From the NCBI RefSeq assembly GCF_001194135.2, contig NC_068990.1:15453454-15501895 (forward strand): a stretch of DNA of 48,442 bases. Direction: 5' to 3'. Shown here one piece after another: positions 1 through 12,240 of this stretch. Below the pieces are notes generated by a model that did not search any database, was not told the DNA's origin, and worked only from the letters and a program-made list of their open reading frames with translations. Position 1 is the first letter of the stretch; each line of letters starts with the position of its first letter. The position numbers were made by a program, and so were the translations under genes. This stretch comes from Octopus bimaculoides (lineage: Eukaryota).

Positions 1-50
1 TGTATACATATACATCTCTCTGTCTCTCTCTTTCTCTCTTTCTCTCTCTG

Positions 51-360
51 TGAAAGTATCTGTCACTACAGTATCGAAATGTGATTGTTTCAGTTAGTGG
101 AATAGTTTCATTTTTAAAGTGAAAGTATTTGACATGAGTGTTTTTGTTTCACTTTTGACACGTAATACTTAAATAGTGGAGGAGATATTATGTTGCCGTG
201 TGCTCGAACTCTGCAAGAAGTTAATAATTTTTTTTTACTAAAACACAACTGGAACCCTAAGTAAGGCATGTGTAAAATTTGAAAGAAATTGGTTGCGTAG
301 TTCTCGAGTTTTAGGGAGACAGACAGACAGACACACATTCTCATTTTTATATATAGAGAT
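51..360 (+). mobile_element. Possible Helitron/HINE (DINE-1-like) non-autonomous element 3' part
   Basis: Ends AAATTTGAAAGAAATTGGTTGCGTAGTTCTCGAGTTTTAG-(ACAG)n-CTCATTTTTATATATAGAGAT, an arrangement resembling DINE-1/HINE 3' ends; recognised by pattern only. Confidence 0.35.
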
Positions 361-805
361 ATTAAGAGTAGTCATATATTTATTACAAAGCTTTATTTAA
401 AGGTAATTTTTTAGTATCAAATTAAACATGTATGTCTTGTTAGAAGACCAAATTCTGCTTTCTTAGCCTTGAGAGATCTTCGCATAGAGGCACTTGGTGC
501 ATAAAAACACACACATCGATCATGAGAGGATTTCTCAAGGCTAATAACACAGCATTCAGTGTTCTAACAAGGCACCCATGTTAAGTTGGATGTAAAGATT
601 ACCTTTTGGTATTAATACTGCTTCTGTCTCTAATAATTAATCTTTAGTTAAAGATTATTGGATATTTGAATGAATTTGAATGCCAAACAATGTAATTTAA
701 TTAAACAGCTTTATGATTTTTTTTCTTGGATATTTTTTTCTATATCTAAAAGAACCTTTTCAAAAGGTTCTTTTAGAAGTGAAGTTAGCTGTACATAGAT
801 GTAGC

Positions 806-807
<2 letters not shown>

Positions 808-846
<39 letters not shown>
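808..846. repeat. (GA)n microsatellite
   Basis: Direct reading. Confidence 0.95.
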
Positions 847-850
<4 letters not shown>

Positions 851-1394
851 CGTAATGAAGTAGACAAACGTGTTAATAAAATATGACATTTTATTGTAAA
901 TGTTAAATTTTTACTATTTGACCTACAGCCATCATTCACATTTTTATATGTGTGCATAATGTTAGTGGTTGTGGTGGTGGTGGTGGTGGTGGTGGGCAAC
1001 TTGATGGTATGTTCCAAACTGAAATTTATTCTTTTAAGTAGCCATGTTGCTATGCACAGATGACCTCTTGGCCCTTTCATGACCCAGCAGAATATCTAGG
1101 GTTTGACAATCACAGTTAGAGAGGGTCGCACTCGATCTGGGTTGGCTCTTTATTTATCAACCCTGAAATACTGAAAGGCAAAGTTGACTTCAGCAGGATT
1201 TGAACTCAGTGCTCAAAGAACTGGAACAAATATCACAACACTTTCTATCCCTACTCCAATGACTTGATAATCAATCACCTTCCTGCTGTGGTCTATATAT
1301 AATGAAATATAGGTGTAAATTTCTGATCAAAAAATGATTTCCTACATTTGGTATATAACTCATATATAACTCTTTCAAACAACCAGCATACATA

Positions 1395-1710
1395 TATGAG
1401 CCACAAAAGCTTATATCAAATGTTAGCATGTAGATGTAAATCACAAAAAACATATGTCCAAACCTGGCATACAAATGTGAATCACACCAGCCGATATGTC
1501 CAATGTTAGCATATATATGTGAATTGCAAAAGCTTATATGTCCAATAGCCAGCATTCATATGTAAATCACAAAAGCTTATGCCCAATGTTAGCATGTTGA
1601 TGTGAATCACTAAAAACTCATATGTCCAGTACCCGGTAAACATATGGGAATCACAAAAACAATGTCTATTGTTTGTATACAGATGTGTATTACAAAAGTT
1701 TATATACTGA
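1395..1710. repeat. Degenerate minisatellite, unit about 40-44 bp
   Basis: About 7 copies of ATGT(G/A)AATCACAAAAGCTTATATGTCCAATGTTAGCAT; one more unit near 2331-2367. Confidence 0.85.
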
Positions 1711-2424
1711 AATCCAACATCCTGTTCTCTTCTTTGTTCAAAAAGGGAGCTACATCATTTTCATTATTGTTAGTATACTTCTTATCCCTTGACTGTGAGG
1801 TTGTTGGGACATTTGTTGATGATGTAACTAGATTTTGTCATTACACTCAGTCTGCTACTACTACATGGGGTCCAGTGGAATTGAGTCTTGTTCATTCTTT
1901 GATGGTAACGTGGGCAATGTTCAATCCAGTATGGGTTCTGGTCTGGTGGTCATTATCATGAATATATTATGGGTAAGTTAACTTTGTGGCACTCTTTCCT
2001 CTCCAGGCTGTTAGTCACAACCATATGCCTCAACCTGAGACACACTGTGGCCCCGAACACTAGGCTGTTGACCTGAACAGATTCCTCCACTCTAGCCTGT
2101 GACTCCTTAGGAAGCCTTACCTGCAATCTTTCAACTACTGGTGCAGTGTTAATACCACCTCTTCACTTGGTTTAGTTCACCAAGTGAAGTTGGATATTAG
2201 GGTTTGGCACCAGGAGCCATCATTTGAGAGATTAAGTGTTGAATGAAGACCAATGATGCCTCTCCACCTGACCATCCCCGACAAGGTGCAGCTGCCAGAC
2301 ACCTCTATTCCGATCCTCCAAAACCCCAGTATGCAGATGTAAATTACTAAAACTTATATGTCCAACAAGTAAAGAAGCTTTTGTTACTATTGATGATCTT
2401 GATCCAGTCATATTAACTCAACTA

Positions 2425-2660
2425 GCTATACTTCAGAACCAAAAATTTCAAAGCCTCCAGAAGAGATGAAGAAATCAAACAACAGGAGGGAAAGACTCGA
2501 CAAAAAAAAAAGCTTGACAAAATCAACTTTGTACTCCACCAACATTGCCATGCAGTCAGTGCCATTAATTCTTCTATGCAAGAATTGGTCTACAGAGTCA
2601 CCAATGATATCACCATAAAAGAAGCGTTCAGCACAGAAGAAAATAAATGCTTGGATATGA
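2425..2660 (+). mobile_element. Decayed LINE ORF2 C-terminus (zinc-finger-like tail)
   Basis: Across a frameshift reads FKASRRDEEIKQQEGKTRQKKK...PTLPCSQCH*FFYARIGLQSHQ*YH, resembling the CxxC...RIGLxSH tail of RTE/RTE-X-type LINEs. Confidence 0.45.
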
Positions 2661-2933
2661 GATAAAGCCACTGCCACTGAGACTAAAATGTGTATCGATA
2701 AAACATGAACTATGATTATTCATTGGCTGATCGGAGTATCACTGAAGCCTTTATTTTTCTATTAACTCATTATGTCAAGCTATCGAAATACTTTTACCTT
2801 TGAGCAAAATGTATAATCTGAGGAAACTGGCAATGGTCAGCACCAGAAACTATTTATCCCGTAAGATAGTTCATAGAAGATTTTGGTGAATTGAAGAATC
2901 TAATATTTGTGCTTTGTTACTGAATAAAGAAGT

Positions 2934-3256
2934 GAAGGTGCATGGCTTAGTGGTTAGGGGTGTTTGATTTACAGATGAAAGGTTGTGAGTTCAGTTCTTG
3001 GCAGTGCATTGTTCCTTGAGCAAGATGCTTTATCTCACATTACTCCAGTCCACTCACCTGGAAAAAAATGAGCTGTACCTGTATTGCATTTCAAAGAGAT
3101 AGACTTGTCACATTTGGTGTCATGCTGAATCTTTCTGAGAACTACGTTAAGATTATACATGTGTCTGTAGAGTGCTCAGCCGCTTGCATGTCAATTTCTC
3201 TAGCAGGTTGTTTCATTGATTGGATCAACTGGAATCCTTATTGTAACTAACAGAGT
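2934..3256 (+). mobile_element. tRNA-derived SINE (old copy)
   Basis: A box TGGCTTAGTGG, B-box-like GTTCAGTTC; 3' half homologous to the copies at 7715 and 16797. Confidence 0.8.
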
Positions 3257-4250
3257 ATGGGTTGAGTGAAGAACAGAGATGCTATTGACTGATCCCAAGG
3301 GGCAACACCTCTTTCTTTCTTTCTTCCTTATTCTCAGATAAAGAAAGAAACTGAATTATTAGATTCTTCACTCTTTTTGACGATTGAACATACCAGATTC
3401 TTCTGTGATATCTCACCTTAGACTAGATGTAAGTTCCTAACTAGTCATACTAGCAGTCTAGTTTTAATTGGTAGTTGTAGCCATTTCTTTAGTTAAAATA
3501 CAGTGGACAACCATCTGAAAAGTGGGTAGTTTATATTCTACTATTTAGATTTTGCATTGTGTCTGGCGTGATTCTTAAATCTGAAGTGGAGCTGTCTGTC
3601 TTGTTGCAAAATGGCATCTTCATTTCACTTACAGTAAATAATATCTTTGATTGAAGAAGGTATGAAGATCACAATATTTTATTTTCAGTCTCTTATAAAC
3701 AAATCTAAAAAAAAAAAAAAGAAAGAGAATTATATTTGCAGTTCTCCAAGATTTAGTTGTGCTTTTTCATGATGCCTATTTACAAACATGGTGAACTAAG
3801 CCATTGAAAATTAAGCGCCTTTGTTAAAAATGCAGACCATTGCTGCTGTTGGAATGTAAACGATGTATCTCCTGACTGCCAAGTTGGCAACATATTGACT
3901 TGGCTATCTGCTGCCATCCTTCTCCATATACACTCTGCCTCATCAAAAGAAATTCATATTCAATAAAAGAAATGTTGAGGTGAAATGGCTAAGCAAATAG
4001 ATATCAACTTGCAACTGGGATTCCATTGTGTTATTGGGCAGTAGGCTTTATTCTGTATTGTCTTAGTTCCTTTAGCTGTTGGAAATCATTGCCATTTCGA
4101 AATATTATCTGCAGTAAAGTGATATTCTATCTAAAGAAGGTTTATCTCTAATCTGTTTGAAACTATTATATCAGAGTTAAAGGTGGTGAGCTGGCAGAGC
4201 TGTTAGCATGCTGAACCAAATGCTTTGTGTCATTTCTTTTGGCTTTATAT

Positions 4251-4554
4251 CAGTGCTTCTCAAGTATGGTTCATACGTCCCTTGGAGGTCCATATAGGAT
4301 GTTGTAGTTAAAATTTATGTGAAATAAATTGCTCATGCTTCTACAATACATAAAATATTTTAACAATTATTTTAAATACAATTCCTAATGATATTTAATT
4401 ATAAAAATACACTCTCTGAGTGGTTGGCGTTAGAAAGGGCATCCAGCTGTAGAAACTCTGCCAAATTAGATTGGCGCCTGGTGTTGCCATCCGGTTTCAC
4501 CAGTCCTCAGTCAAATCGTCCAACCCATGCTAGCATGGAAAGCGAACATTAAAC

Positions 4555-4618
<64 letters not shown>

Positions 4619-4714
4619 AGGATACTTTTTTAGACATTGAATGCCTTTAGTATCGACCTGAGTAAAATAGGAGTCAAAGGGGTCCATAGGGAAAAAAATA
4701 GTTGAGAACCACTG
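4251..4714. mobile_element. hAT (Charlie-like) MITE carrying an RTE insertion
   Basis: TIRs CAGTGCTTCTCAA / TTGAGAACCACTG; 8-bp flanks CTTTATAT / CTTTGCAT (6/8 match). Confidence 0.85.
4408..4617 (+). mobile_element. 5'-truncated RTE LINE 3' end with (GAT)n tail
   Basis: Nearly identical to the reverse complement of 35620-35770, which is attached to RTE RT coding sequence. Confidence 0.9.
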
Positions 4715-5055
4715 CTTTGCATTCTGAGCTCAAATGCTGCCCACATCAACTTTGTTTTTCATCCATTTTGGGCTTGATAAAATAAGCACCACTTGAGCAC
4801 TGAGAACAATTCAGACCTCTCTGACCAAAGTCACACGCCTTGTGTAGAGCTCAGAACTGTTTCTCTGGGACCACAAGATGTTAGAAATAGTTACCATTTA
4901 GAAATGTTACCTTAAGTAAAGTGTTATCCCTTATCTGCTTTTTTCTTTTTTATATCAGAGCTAAAAACTGTTTGTCTGAGACCACTAGAAGCTACTTGTG
5001 GTTTAAGAAGAATCTATTTTCCATTAGTATGTTTTGCTATTGTTAATATCTAGTC

Positions 5056-5293
5056 CAGTAGTTCTCAACCATTCTTTACCTATGAACCCCTTTGATGTCT
5101 GTGTTACTCAGGAGATGGGACCCTCATGGCCATTCGGTGTCTAAAAACTCACATTATATTTTCATGATTAAATATTATTAGGAATTGTATTAAAAAATAT
5201 TTAAATATTTTGTGTATCGTAGAAATATAAGCAGTTTATTGCAGATAAATTTTAACAACAAAATTTTAAATGGACCCCAGTTGAGAACCATTG
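5056..5293. mobile_element. hAT MITE, same family as 4251-4714, opposite orientation
   Basis: TIRs CAGTAGTTCTCAA / TTGAGAACCATTG; 8-bp flanks ATCTAGTC / ACCTTGTC; internal AT-rich core is the reverse complement of the first copy. Confidence 0.85.
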
Positions 5294-5549
5294 ACCTTGT
5301 CCTAAGTTAGCCCTTATTGAGCAGACCTATCATTAAAGATTTTCCAGCTTTGATCATTGCATGTTTTTGTATATCCAAGACTACAATATAAATTGTAAGG
5401 TTTGAATTGGCAGTCAGTAGAGCAACAGACAGAATTCCTTGCAGTATTTAATCTAGATTTTTGTATTCTGAGTTCAAATCCTGACAAAGTCAACTTTGAT
5501 TTTCATCCTATTGCGGTTGTTAAGTAAAGTACCAGTCAGTGCTGAAGGT

Positions 5550-5885
5550 TGACTCTCTCTCTTTCTCTCACTCTCTTTCTCCCCCTCTCTCTTTCCCTCT
5601 CTATTCTCTCTCTCTCTCTATTCTCTCTCTCTCTCTCTTACTATCTCTGTCTACTCTCTCTTACTATCTCTGTCTACTCTCTCTTACTATCTCTGTCTTC
5701 TTTCTCTCTCTCTCTCTCTTACTATCTCTGTCTTCTTTCTCCCCCTCTCTCTTTCCCTCTCTATTCTCTCTGCTCTCTCTCTTTCCCTCTCCATTCTCTC
5801 TGCTCTCTTACTATCTCTGTCTTCTTTATCTCTCTCTCTCTCTTTACTTCCCTCTTTCTCTTTATCCTTTCTCTCTCTCTTTTCT
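5550..5885. repeat. Compound CT-rich tandem array
   Basis: Repeated CTCTCTCTTACTATCTCTGTCT and CTCTCTCTTTCCCTCTCTATT units; source of the spurious L/S-rich ORFs. Confidence 0.9.
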
Positions 5886-7299
5886 TACGTAGAAGAAATC
5901 AATTGTGGTTATACCTGGAGAAGGATGAGCTCCACCAGGTTTTATAAATATCCAAGACATGCTGTATGCCACTCTAGGGCCCTCTTGTCTCTATCAGGAG
6001 CAGAAACCCCATGGAAAGATAATATAAAATGTGTCTTCTTTTTGAAGACAGTTGAATTTGATTTAAAGGAAATTTGATTGCTATTTCTAGCATTTCTAGC
6101 AACTGTGTTGAGGCTTTGTCATTAACTTAACATAATATGGTTGGTCAAATGGTTTTTACCGAAAGGAAAATTTTACCTTTGCTGAAAAAGAGTTCTATTT
6201 AGAATAGTAAGAAATATTTGAGAAGCAATATTGCCTATGAAATAATCTTTACTGCTGATTCACACAAAATTATATATTTTCTTGTTTTGCTTTTAGTTTT
6301 TTGTTCTTAATATCTAAAGGTGATTGAAAAGATGAAATTATGTTTGGATCAAAATAAAATCAGGATTGTGAGTAGATAAAAACTAAAGCTTACTGAGAAA
6401 TATATATTTTTTACAACAGCAGAGAAGATTAGTATTTTATATATTATTATTATTATTATTATTTTATTTTATTTTTTTTGGCAATAAACTGCTAAACTAA
6501 AATTACGCATAAAATGTCAGCCTTATATACTATAGCATGTCTGAAGAAATCAATTTTATTTTGCCTGTGTGCCAAATCTGTATAAAGTTTAAATGAATAG
6601 TGGACTCTTTCAGATTTCTAACAAAAAGGTTATGGAGTAGCAGTAGCATGCTAGATGTGGTTTCATATCACAATGTTCTGAGTTCAAATCTCACTGAGGT
6701 TGAGTTTTTCTCATCTGTCTAAGGTTAATAAAATGATTATTCATCATAATTAATCAGCTTATCATGCCTACATTTTTTGCATTCATTCTGAGCTAACTAT
6801 GGACATTACAACACAATGTGAGCTAAAGTCTCATCTAAATCATCACACATTCTACATTTAATTGAACACTCCTGCTCATCTGTCATTCTATTGATGCAGT
6901 TTACCCTTTATGCCTGATACTGTGCTGTGAAAATCATTCCTTTGGTCTCTGTCTTCAGTATTCCTTTGTTTAATCATAACCAGCTGTCCTTGTTATCCCA
7001 TATCTATTTCCTCTATTGGGAAAATACTGAGTGAAACTCCTTTCCTTCAAAATTTCATTTCCTCTTTTCCACATATTCTCTTTTTAAGCTCCATTTAGGG
7101 TTAATTGAAACTGCTTTAACAGCAAAGTCCCAAGATATGTTCTTAGCTCCCTGAGGGCATATTGCATACATTATTGTGCTTACTGCTATTGTTGTTATAG
7201 CATTAAGTGTCTTTATTTAATACATTTAGTAGAAGGTTATGCTTTTATAGAACAACTGAAGTAGATTGATTTGATCCAAAATATGTTACTAGTCATTGT

Positions 7300-7567
7300 T
7301 TAACTATTTTGATATCAACGAAACTGAAGTAAAACTGTCTCTGAGTCTACGGTACAAAATCATTTGATTAAAAATGCTCATAATTTAATTAAAACCTTCT
7401 TTCAGAATTTTCATGCAAGAACCTTTAGTTAAGTTATGTTTAAACACTAGATTAATTATAAAAAATTAATTACTTTATTAGATGCCTTAAAATTGTTGAT
7501 TAATTGTACAATTAATTGGAAAGCACAGTCAATGGTTTCATCAGAAATATGTTCAAGAAAGGGTTAA
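7300..7567. mobile_element. Degenerate piggyBac-like MITE
   Basis: Right end AAAGGG-TTAA, degenerate left end TTAA-CTATTTTGAT; similar body to 26573-27145. Confidence 0.45.
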
Positions 7568-7714
7568 TCATTCTTGGAGATGAAAAGATTAGCTAACTCC
7601 CAGAATTTGAGGTTAAAATATAGAAAATAATATTGAATACTATAAAGTATTGCATCTAGTGTTCTACTGTTTCAGTTGCTCTGCTATCTTTTCAGTGATT
7701 ATAATGATTTCTTA

Positions 7715-8096
7715 AGTGGAGGCGCAATGGCACAGTGGTTAGGGCAGTGGACTCGCGGTCATAGGATCGCGGTTTTGATTCCCAGACCGGGCGTTGTGAG
7801 TGTTTATTGAGCGAAAACACCTAAAGCTCCATGAGGCTCCCGCAGGGGATGGTGGCGAACCCTGCTGTACTCTTTCACCACAACTTTCTCTCACTCTTAC
7901 TTCCTGTTTCTGTTGTGCCTGTAATTGAAAGGGTCAGCCTTGTCACACTGTGTCACGCTGAATATCCCCGAGAACTACGTTAAGGGTACACGTGTCTGTG
8001 GAGTGCTCAGCCACTTGCACGTTAATTTCATGAGCAGGCTGTTCCGTTGATCGGATCAACTGGAACCCTCGACGTCGTAAGCAACGGAGTGCCAAC
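7715..8096 (+). mobile_element. Full-length young tRNA-derived SINE
   Basis: tRNA-like head with A box (TGGCACAGTGG) and B box (GTTTTGATTCC); 12-bp TSD AATGATTTCTTA at 7703-7714 and 8097-8108; CpG-rich. Confidence 0.92.
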
Positions 8097-8340
8097 AATG
8101 ATTTCTTACATAAGAACAGCAAAAGGTCACAAATTTTAGTGATGGGTTATATTAATTATATCAACCCTAATACTTGGCAGATACTTTATTCTATTGATCT
8201 TAGAGAGATGAATGGTAAAGTTATCTTTGATGGTGTTTTACCAATTCCAGGAAGAAGACTCAAGGAGGGAGTCACTGCTTGGCTACTTGTCTAAATTTCA
8301 GGCCTTGTACCTATAATAGAAAGGATTATTATTATTATTA

Positions 8341-8727
8341 ATATTCTATTGTCTTTACAAAGCTTCTAACGCTGGAGATGTACTATGGCGCCATGTGTTC
8401 ACTACCAGTGAACTAAGGTAGCACCCCTTATTTTTCAAGCACTTTCCGGAACATTCGAGCGGTTCCAAGCAGTGCTGTTTTCTGCAAGTGCTCCGCCCTT
8501 ATTGCAGCCCCTATTTGTTCCATGTACTTCTCAAGATTTTTACTCACTGTTCCCTGGGCTCCGACAATTATTGGTACTACTACCACCTTTCTCATCGATC
8601 ACAACTGCTTAACCTCCCAAGCTAACCTGTCATATCTATCGACTTTTCTTTCTTTCTTATCACATATCTTGTTGTCAGCTGGGCATACTATATCTATGAT
8701 CCAGCATAGTTTGCTTTCTTTCTCTTT
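8341..8727 (-). mobile_element. 5'-truncated R4/Dong-clade non-LTR retrotransposon (REL endonuclease C-terminus plus 3' UTR)
   Basis: Minus frame 8727-8428: KEKESKLCWIIDIVCPADNKICDKKERKVDRYDRLAWEVKQL*SMRKVVVVPIIVGAQGTVSKNLEKYMEQIGAAIRAEHLQKTALLGTARMFRKVLEK*; (TAA)n on both sides. Confidence 0.87.
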
Positions 8728-8731
8728 ATTA

Positions 8732-8734
<3 letters not shown>

Positions 8735-8790
<56 letters not shown>
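8735..8790. repeat. (TTA)n microsatellite
   Basis: Direct reading. Confidence 0.95.
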
Positions 8791-9529
8791 GTAATTTATA
8801 TTGGCATAATGTCACAGAAATGTAGGAGAATGGTGTTAAAGCAGTCTGATAATACGACAAATAATTGTTTTATTAACTCCCCCTTCTCCTCTTCTTCCTC
8901 TTTCTGCATGGATGATGGAAAATGAAGTCAGAACCAACAGTGGATGTAGGATGTAAAAAGCATGACATTAAATAACTAAATACTTACTGTAAAACATTTA
9001 GACTAATGTTCTATAATTCATTATATCCCACCATCTTTTAAATACAACAAAAACAACAAAAAAATAGTTATAATAATAGCAATTTGTAAATGTTATTACT
9101 AACATAAATCTTGTCGATTATTGGGAAAAAATTCTCTCAAATCATCTCTTAAATTTTTCATTAAAAAATGAGTTGGTAATTAATAACTTTAGTGTATATT
9201 CTGAATTTTATTGCATTTAATGTAAAGTTAATGTAAATTAGTTTCTTATATTATATTTATATTTTTATATCTTAATTTACACATGACCTTATGTATAATT
9301 ATTGTATGTTTCTAGCTAAAAATTAAAAAAAGAAAACCTACAAAATATTAAAAAATAAACTGAAGTAAAAAACAAAAATGACTCACAATTTAAAGGCAAA
9401 ATATTCAATACATAATTGCAGAGTGGATGTAGGTATTTAAAAAATAATGACTCTTATAAAACAAGTTACATTTCCTTCTGTACAGTATTGAACCTTGTGT
9501 GCATGTGTGTACACATATATACACATGTA

Positions 9530-9700
9530 TATATTGACTTTTTAATGCTTGCATGGGTCAGATGGGATCTGCTGGGGTGGATTTTCTACAGCCGGATATC
9601 CTTTGTGTCGCCAACCCTCACTTGGTAATATTTCCCCATGGCCAGACATCTTTCTCACAGAAGATTGGAAATGAGTAACCTTGCTTGTATGACATCATGT
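9530..9700 (-). mobile_element. Old relic of an RTE-type 3' tail
   Basis: TTTTAATGCTTGCATGGGTCAGA...TTTTCTACAGCCGGATATCC...GTCGCCAACC is a diverged reverse complement of the 4408 tail; a similar copy lies at 17420-17620. Confidence 0.55.
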
Positions 9701-9787
9701 GATGACTAGATGAGGAAGCATCCCTCCCACACATGCACACACATTTATATATACACACTCACATACACATATATATCATGAGGCTTT

Positions 9788-10292
9788 CTTTAGAGATGAA
9801 AGGAAGGATCTATAAGAGTTGTGTGAGAGCTGCAATGCTGTATGTTAGTGAGATATGGTGTCTGAGGGGGGGAGAGAGAGATGGTAATTTTGAGAAGGAC
9901 TGAGAGAGCAATGGTGAGATAAATGTGTGGAGTGAAGCTGTTTGATAAGAGGTGGACTAAGGATTTGATGGGAATGCTGGGGCTGGAGGAATCAGTGGCA
10001 TGATCGGTAAGGGTGAATGAAGTGAGGTTGTATGGGCATGTGTTGAGGAGGGATGAAGAGCACGTTCTGAGGAGGGTGATTGTGTTTGAGGTAAATGGAG
10101 CGTGAAAGCAAGGTAGACCAAGGAAAAGGTGTAGGGGACAGGTAGAGGAGGAGATTGGGAGGGTTGGTTTGCAAAAGGAGGATGCCCAAAACTGGGCGAG
10201 ATGGTGTGAGGGTAGTTACTATGACATTGAGGTAGATCCAGCCACCCCTGTTAATAGGGACAAAACCCAGATTTAAAACACTGGATGATGAT
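9788..10292 (+). mobile_element. RTE-clade LINE 3' fragment (decayed ORF end, GAT tail)
   Basis: Reads KGRIYKSCVRAAMLYVSEIWCL...RRTERAMVR*MCGV...RLYGHVLRRDEEHVLRR...GRPRKR with stops and a frameshift. Confidence 0.9.
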
Positions 10293-11292
10293 ATATATAT
10301 ATATATATATATAATGATAATTTCTTAAGTTATCAGAAGTTGGATTTAGTATTAAGCTTTATTAAAGATTATAACTAAATCCATCTTCTGGTTACTTAAG
10401 AAATTATTATTATTATTTTGACTAACACTGCGGAGTTCCTGAAGTAGATCCAATGGAAATATACCCTGACTGCTGATAACACCAGGTAGCCCAAACTGTG
10501 CCATTGTCCTACTCAACACTTCAACACACTAACCGACATATATTAGTCCAAAATATTTCCCAAAGTGCCTCATAGTAGGACTGAACTTGAGATTGTGTAG
10601 TTAGGACATGATCTTCTTAACCACTCAGCCAAGCCAAGTCAGGCACAAACACACACATTCACAAAATTAAAACTATGCTAATTTTATAATTTTTTTCCTT
10701 TCTTTTCCCTTTTTTTTTTTTTGGTTTTCTTCTATTTTTTGCTCCTAATTTTTTCTTTATCTTTCTTCGAATTACTTTTCTCCGTTTTTATTTGACTGAA
10801 AACATAACAGTTACAAGTCTGTATCTCTCTAAAATGTATGCACCAGCTACTCTGCTTCCCTTTCTATGAAAATTTTGTGAAACAGGTTTTTTTTTTGTGT
10901 CACTGTTCTTATGTTCTTTACTCAAGACAGACAACGTTAAGATGAAGCAAAAATTTTAATTTAAGCTCATTTTTTTCATTTTTTTTGTTTTTGCCTCACT
11001 CAATTTTTTTTCCCTTNNNNNNNNNNNNNNNNNNNNNNNNNNNNNNNNNNNNNNNNNNNNNNNNNNNNNNNNNNNNNNNNNNNNNNNNNNNNNNNNNNNN
11101 NNNNNNNNNNNNNNNNNNNNNNNNNNNNNNNNNNNNNNNNNNNNNNNNNNNNNNNNNNNNNNNNNNNNNNNNNNNNNNNNNNNNNNNNNNNNNNNNNNNN
11201 NNNNNNNNNNNNNNNNNNNNNNNNNNNNNNNNNNNNATATATATATTTATATATATATATGATGATATACATATATAATATATGTATATATA

Positions 11293-11503
11293 CAAGGTGT
11301 CTATATATTACTGTTGCAATTTCAAAAGTTTAGTAACAAATTTAAAATGTGGATAACTCAGCAGAATTTATTGGAAAACAAATGAAGTTTTGTTAGAAAC
11401 ATAAGAACACTTCTGTGTTGGCTCCATTGGTTGCACGCAACACATCTAGATGATACAATACAATAAATTGAGGACGTTGTAAAAATAATTTATGAACACC
11501 CTG
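11293..11503. mobile_element. Small Tc1/mariner-type MITE
   Basis: TA-CAAGGTGTC ... GAACACCCTG-TA (imperfect TIRs, TA flanks). Confidence 0.5.
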
Positions 11504-11939
11504 TACACACAGACACATACATATACACATATGCATGTTGTGTGTGTCTGTGTGTAGTTGATATGCTATCTTTCCAACCCTGTGGTCTCATTTTCTATCT
11601 CACTGCGCAGCAGTCTTCTATTACCTCAGGCCAACAAAAGCCTTATCAGTGGATTTAGTAAATAAAAACTGAAAGAAGCTCAACAGACACATGTACACAC
11701 ATACATACATGTATGTGTATGTATATATATATGTATGTGAATATTGTACCTCTGTGTGTTGTGTATGTACATCAGGTCACTAATCAGTACCACTGGCAAT
11801 ATGAAATCCAGTGTACAGTGTACTCAATGTTAGGTCTTTGGTGACTAAATCAGCTCATCTATTATTTGTGACATGGGAGGGGTGTACCATTATTACTATT
11901 ATCCCCACAACACAAATCTACTCATAAGGCATTGGTTGG

Positions 11940-12240
11940 CCCAAGACTATGAGGGAATATTAGAAGATACTTACCCAAGGTGCCATGCAGTGGGACTAAA
12001 CCTAGAACCATGTGGTTGGGAAGCGAGCTTCTTACTGTTCACACAGCTACACCTGATTATTATATATATATATATATATATGACAGGCTTCTTTCAGTCT
12101 CCATCTACAAATCCACTCACAAGGCTTTGGTTAGCCCAAGCCTACTGTAGAAGACACTTGCCCAAAGGTGTAACACATTCTGATTGATCCTGGAATCATG
12201 TGGTTGAGAAGCAAACTTCTTACCACACAGCCACACCTGT
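11940..12240 (-). mobile_element. Two tandem head fragments of the CORE-like SINE separated by (TA)n
   Basis: Both match the reverse-strand head of 24778-25173 (GACACTTGCCCAAGG...GTGGGACT...ACCATGTGGTTG). Confidence 0.7.

Larger units (their letters stand above)
4179..4805 (+). mobile_element. tRNA-derived SINE (AAGGTGGTGAGCTGGCAGA family) split by a hAT MITE
   Basis: Head 4179-4250 continues at 4715 (TTCTGAGCTCAAAT B-box region); same family as 26201, 39341 and 47676. Confidence 0.75.

Noticed and set aside
1271-1555. Minus ORF with apparent 14-aa repeats (GHISFCNSHIYANI...)
   Set aside because: A by-product of the minisatellite; unit lengths vary out of frame elsewhere in the array.
7715-7790. 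Possible tRNA genes at SINE heads (also 25244 and 36910)
   Set aside because: They continue into SINE bodies with TSDs and lack a full cloverleaf; counted as SINE-derived.
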